Of a stretch of DNA of 64,000 nt, positions 63,070-64,000 are shown piece by piece (position 1 is the first letter of the stretch; each line of letters opens with the position of its first letter). Source of the stretch: an uncultured Prochlorococcus sp. (GTDB taxonomy: Bacteria > Cyanobacteriota > Cyanobacteriia > PCC-6307 > Cyanobiaceae); contig CACFBG010000004.1 in the NCBI GenBank assembly GCA_902564535.1, forward strand, positions 5,893 through 69,892, given 5' to 3'. Both the position numbers and the translations under genes were made by a program. The notes under the pieces were generated by a model. It made no database searches, had not been told where the DNA came from, and was given only the letters and a program-made list of their open reading frames with translations.

Positions 63070-63095
63070 CTCATAACAAAAGTTAACACATTATG
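63070..63095 (-). promoter_or_regulatory. Candidate hli promoter: a -10-like CATAAT followed by a degenerate HLR1-like direct repeat GTTAACTT-TT-GTTATGAG
   Basis: Read on the minus strand about 40-65 nt upstream of the hli ATG. The half-sites match the (G/T)TTACA(T/A)(T/A) consensus at only 6/8 and 5/8 positions. Confidence 0.25.
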
Positions 63096-63286
63096 ACTAG
63101 ATTTGGGCCCAAAGGATTAAGGAGCACGAACCAGTAAAGAAAATGTCCATGCAAAATGGAAGGCTTCCGAATTTAATTTGAAATGGCTTTATTAAATAGT
63201 TTTCACAAAATTTCTAATAAAAATATTTAATGAGAAAATCCCACGCTTAAAAGACATTATAATTAGTACAAGCTTAGATCTTAAGA

Positions 63287-63478
63287 ATGGAAAAGAACAG
63301 TCCATTTAAAGCAAAAGGGGCCGTATCTTCTGTGATATTATTTATCTTGGGAATATTCATCATTTTCATAGAATCATTATTTATTTTAATTAATATTTTT
63401 AATAAGGGTGTATTCAAGAAGGAAACATTATCTAAAAGATCAAATATTGGCTTTGATGTAAATATAATCATGAAGTAA
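63287..63478 (+). CDS. Possible orphan small membrane protein (63 aa)
   Basis: ORF with one strongly hydrophobic segment in a very AT-rich region. An antisense ORF of equal length also exists, so coding status is unclear. Confidence 0.25.
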   Translation: MEKNSPFKAKGAVSSVILFILGIFIIFIESLFILINIFNKGVFKKETLSKRSNIGFDVNIIMK

Positions 63479-63640
63479 ATAAATTTCTATACTTAGGCTT
63501 AAGAATATTTATGTAAAAATATTTGATGCAAATATCAACCTAAAGTGTTCTGAAATTATTTTTATCTAGCTTAAAAGACATTTCATTTAATTTTAGCTAA
63601 CCAAGTGTAGAGTATATTTATATAAAACTCCTAGTTATAG

Positions 63641-64000
63641 ATGAAAATACTTTTCTTATTGATTTTAGTATTATTTTTAATTTTTAATTTATTTATAATC
63701 CTAAAAAATAGATCATTCATTACTAAAAAATCTATTCTAATTAATAGGTTTAAAAAAACGTTTACAAGCAAGAGTCATAGAAGGAGAAAGGCAATGGAAA
63801 GTATTTATGATAATTTAATGCAAAATCCAGAAAATAATATAAGAATAAATGAATGGGAAGAAGAAACAGAACTAAGAACCAAGGCCGAGATCCATCGTGC
63901 AAGACTAAATAAATTTGGGAGATCTAAAATCAATAATGAAATACTCTTTCTTGGACCAAAAGGAGGCATATACAAATTAACGCGAGATGGTAATAAAAAA
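63641..64000 (+). CDS. Hypothetical protein, 5' part only (open to the right edge): N-terminal hydrophobic anchor followed by a basic region
   Basis: Manual translation from the ATG at 63641 gives MKILFLLILVLFLIFNLFIILKNRSF...RRRKAMESIYDNLMQNPENNIRINEWEEETELRTKAEIHRARLNKFGRSKINNEILFLGPKGGIYKLTRDGNKK, with no stop in 120 codons. Confidence 0.4.
   Translation, partial: MKILFLLILVLFLIFNLFIILKNRSFITKKSILINRFKKTFTSKSHRRRKAMESIYDNLMQNPENNIRINEWEEETELRTKAEIHRARLNKFGRSKINNEILFLGPKGGIYKLTRDGNKK

Overview
The window is an AT-rich, gene-dense stretch of a marine picocyanobacterial chromosome. It is most consistent with Prochlorococcus, possibly a low-light-type strain, but I cannot assign a strain without a database search. 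The support is the gene content (petG, petH, chlI, an HLIP gene, CrtL-type lycopene cyclase, sasA, zwf-opcA, a tRNA-Glu with G1-U72) and a Yfr1 sRNA in its usual spacer next to trxA. Almost all of it is conserved core housekeeping and photosynthesis genes in short, often translationally coupled operons. I see no CRISPR array, transposase, integrase, prophage or recognisable defence cassette, and I cannot honestly point to a clear new multi-gene system here. Four genes are missing from the ORF track: a partial bioB at the left edge, petG, an hli gene and the Yfr1 sRNA. Other items worth a second look: (1) an alpha/beta-hydrolase gene broken by a frameshift inside a C5-T-C9 tract; (2) a 28-bp perfect palindrome over the stop codon of a small ORF; (3) two unusually long gene-free spacers, upstream of sasA and between tRNA-Glu and petH; (4) a petH N-terminus that looks like a membrane anchor; (5) a translationally coupled crtE-DUF212-RecD-like helicase string; (6) a very AT-rich, ORF-poor right edge after the hli gene that may be the start of a variable island. 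Many ORF-track starts are TTG/GTG maximal extensions, so several 5' ends are uncertain. All product calls come from reading motifs by eye, not from searches.
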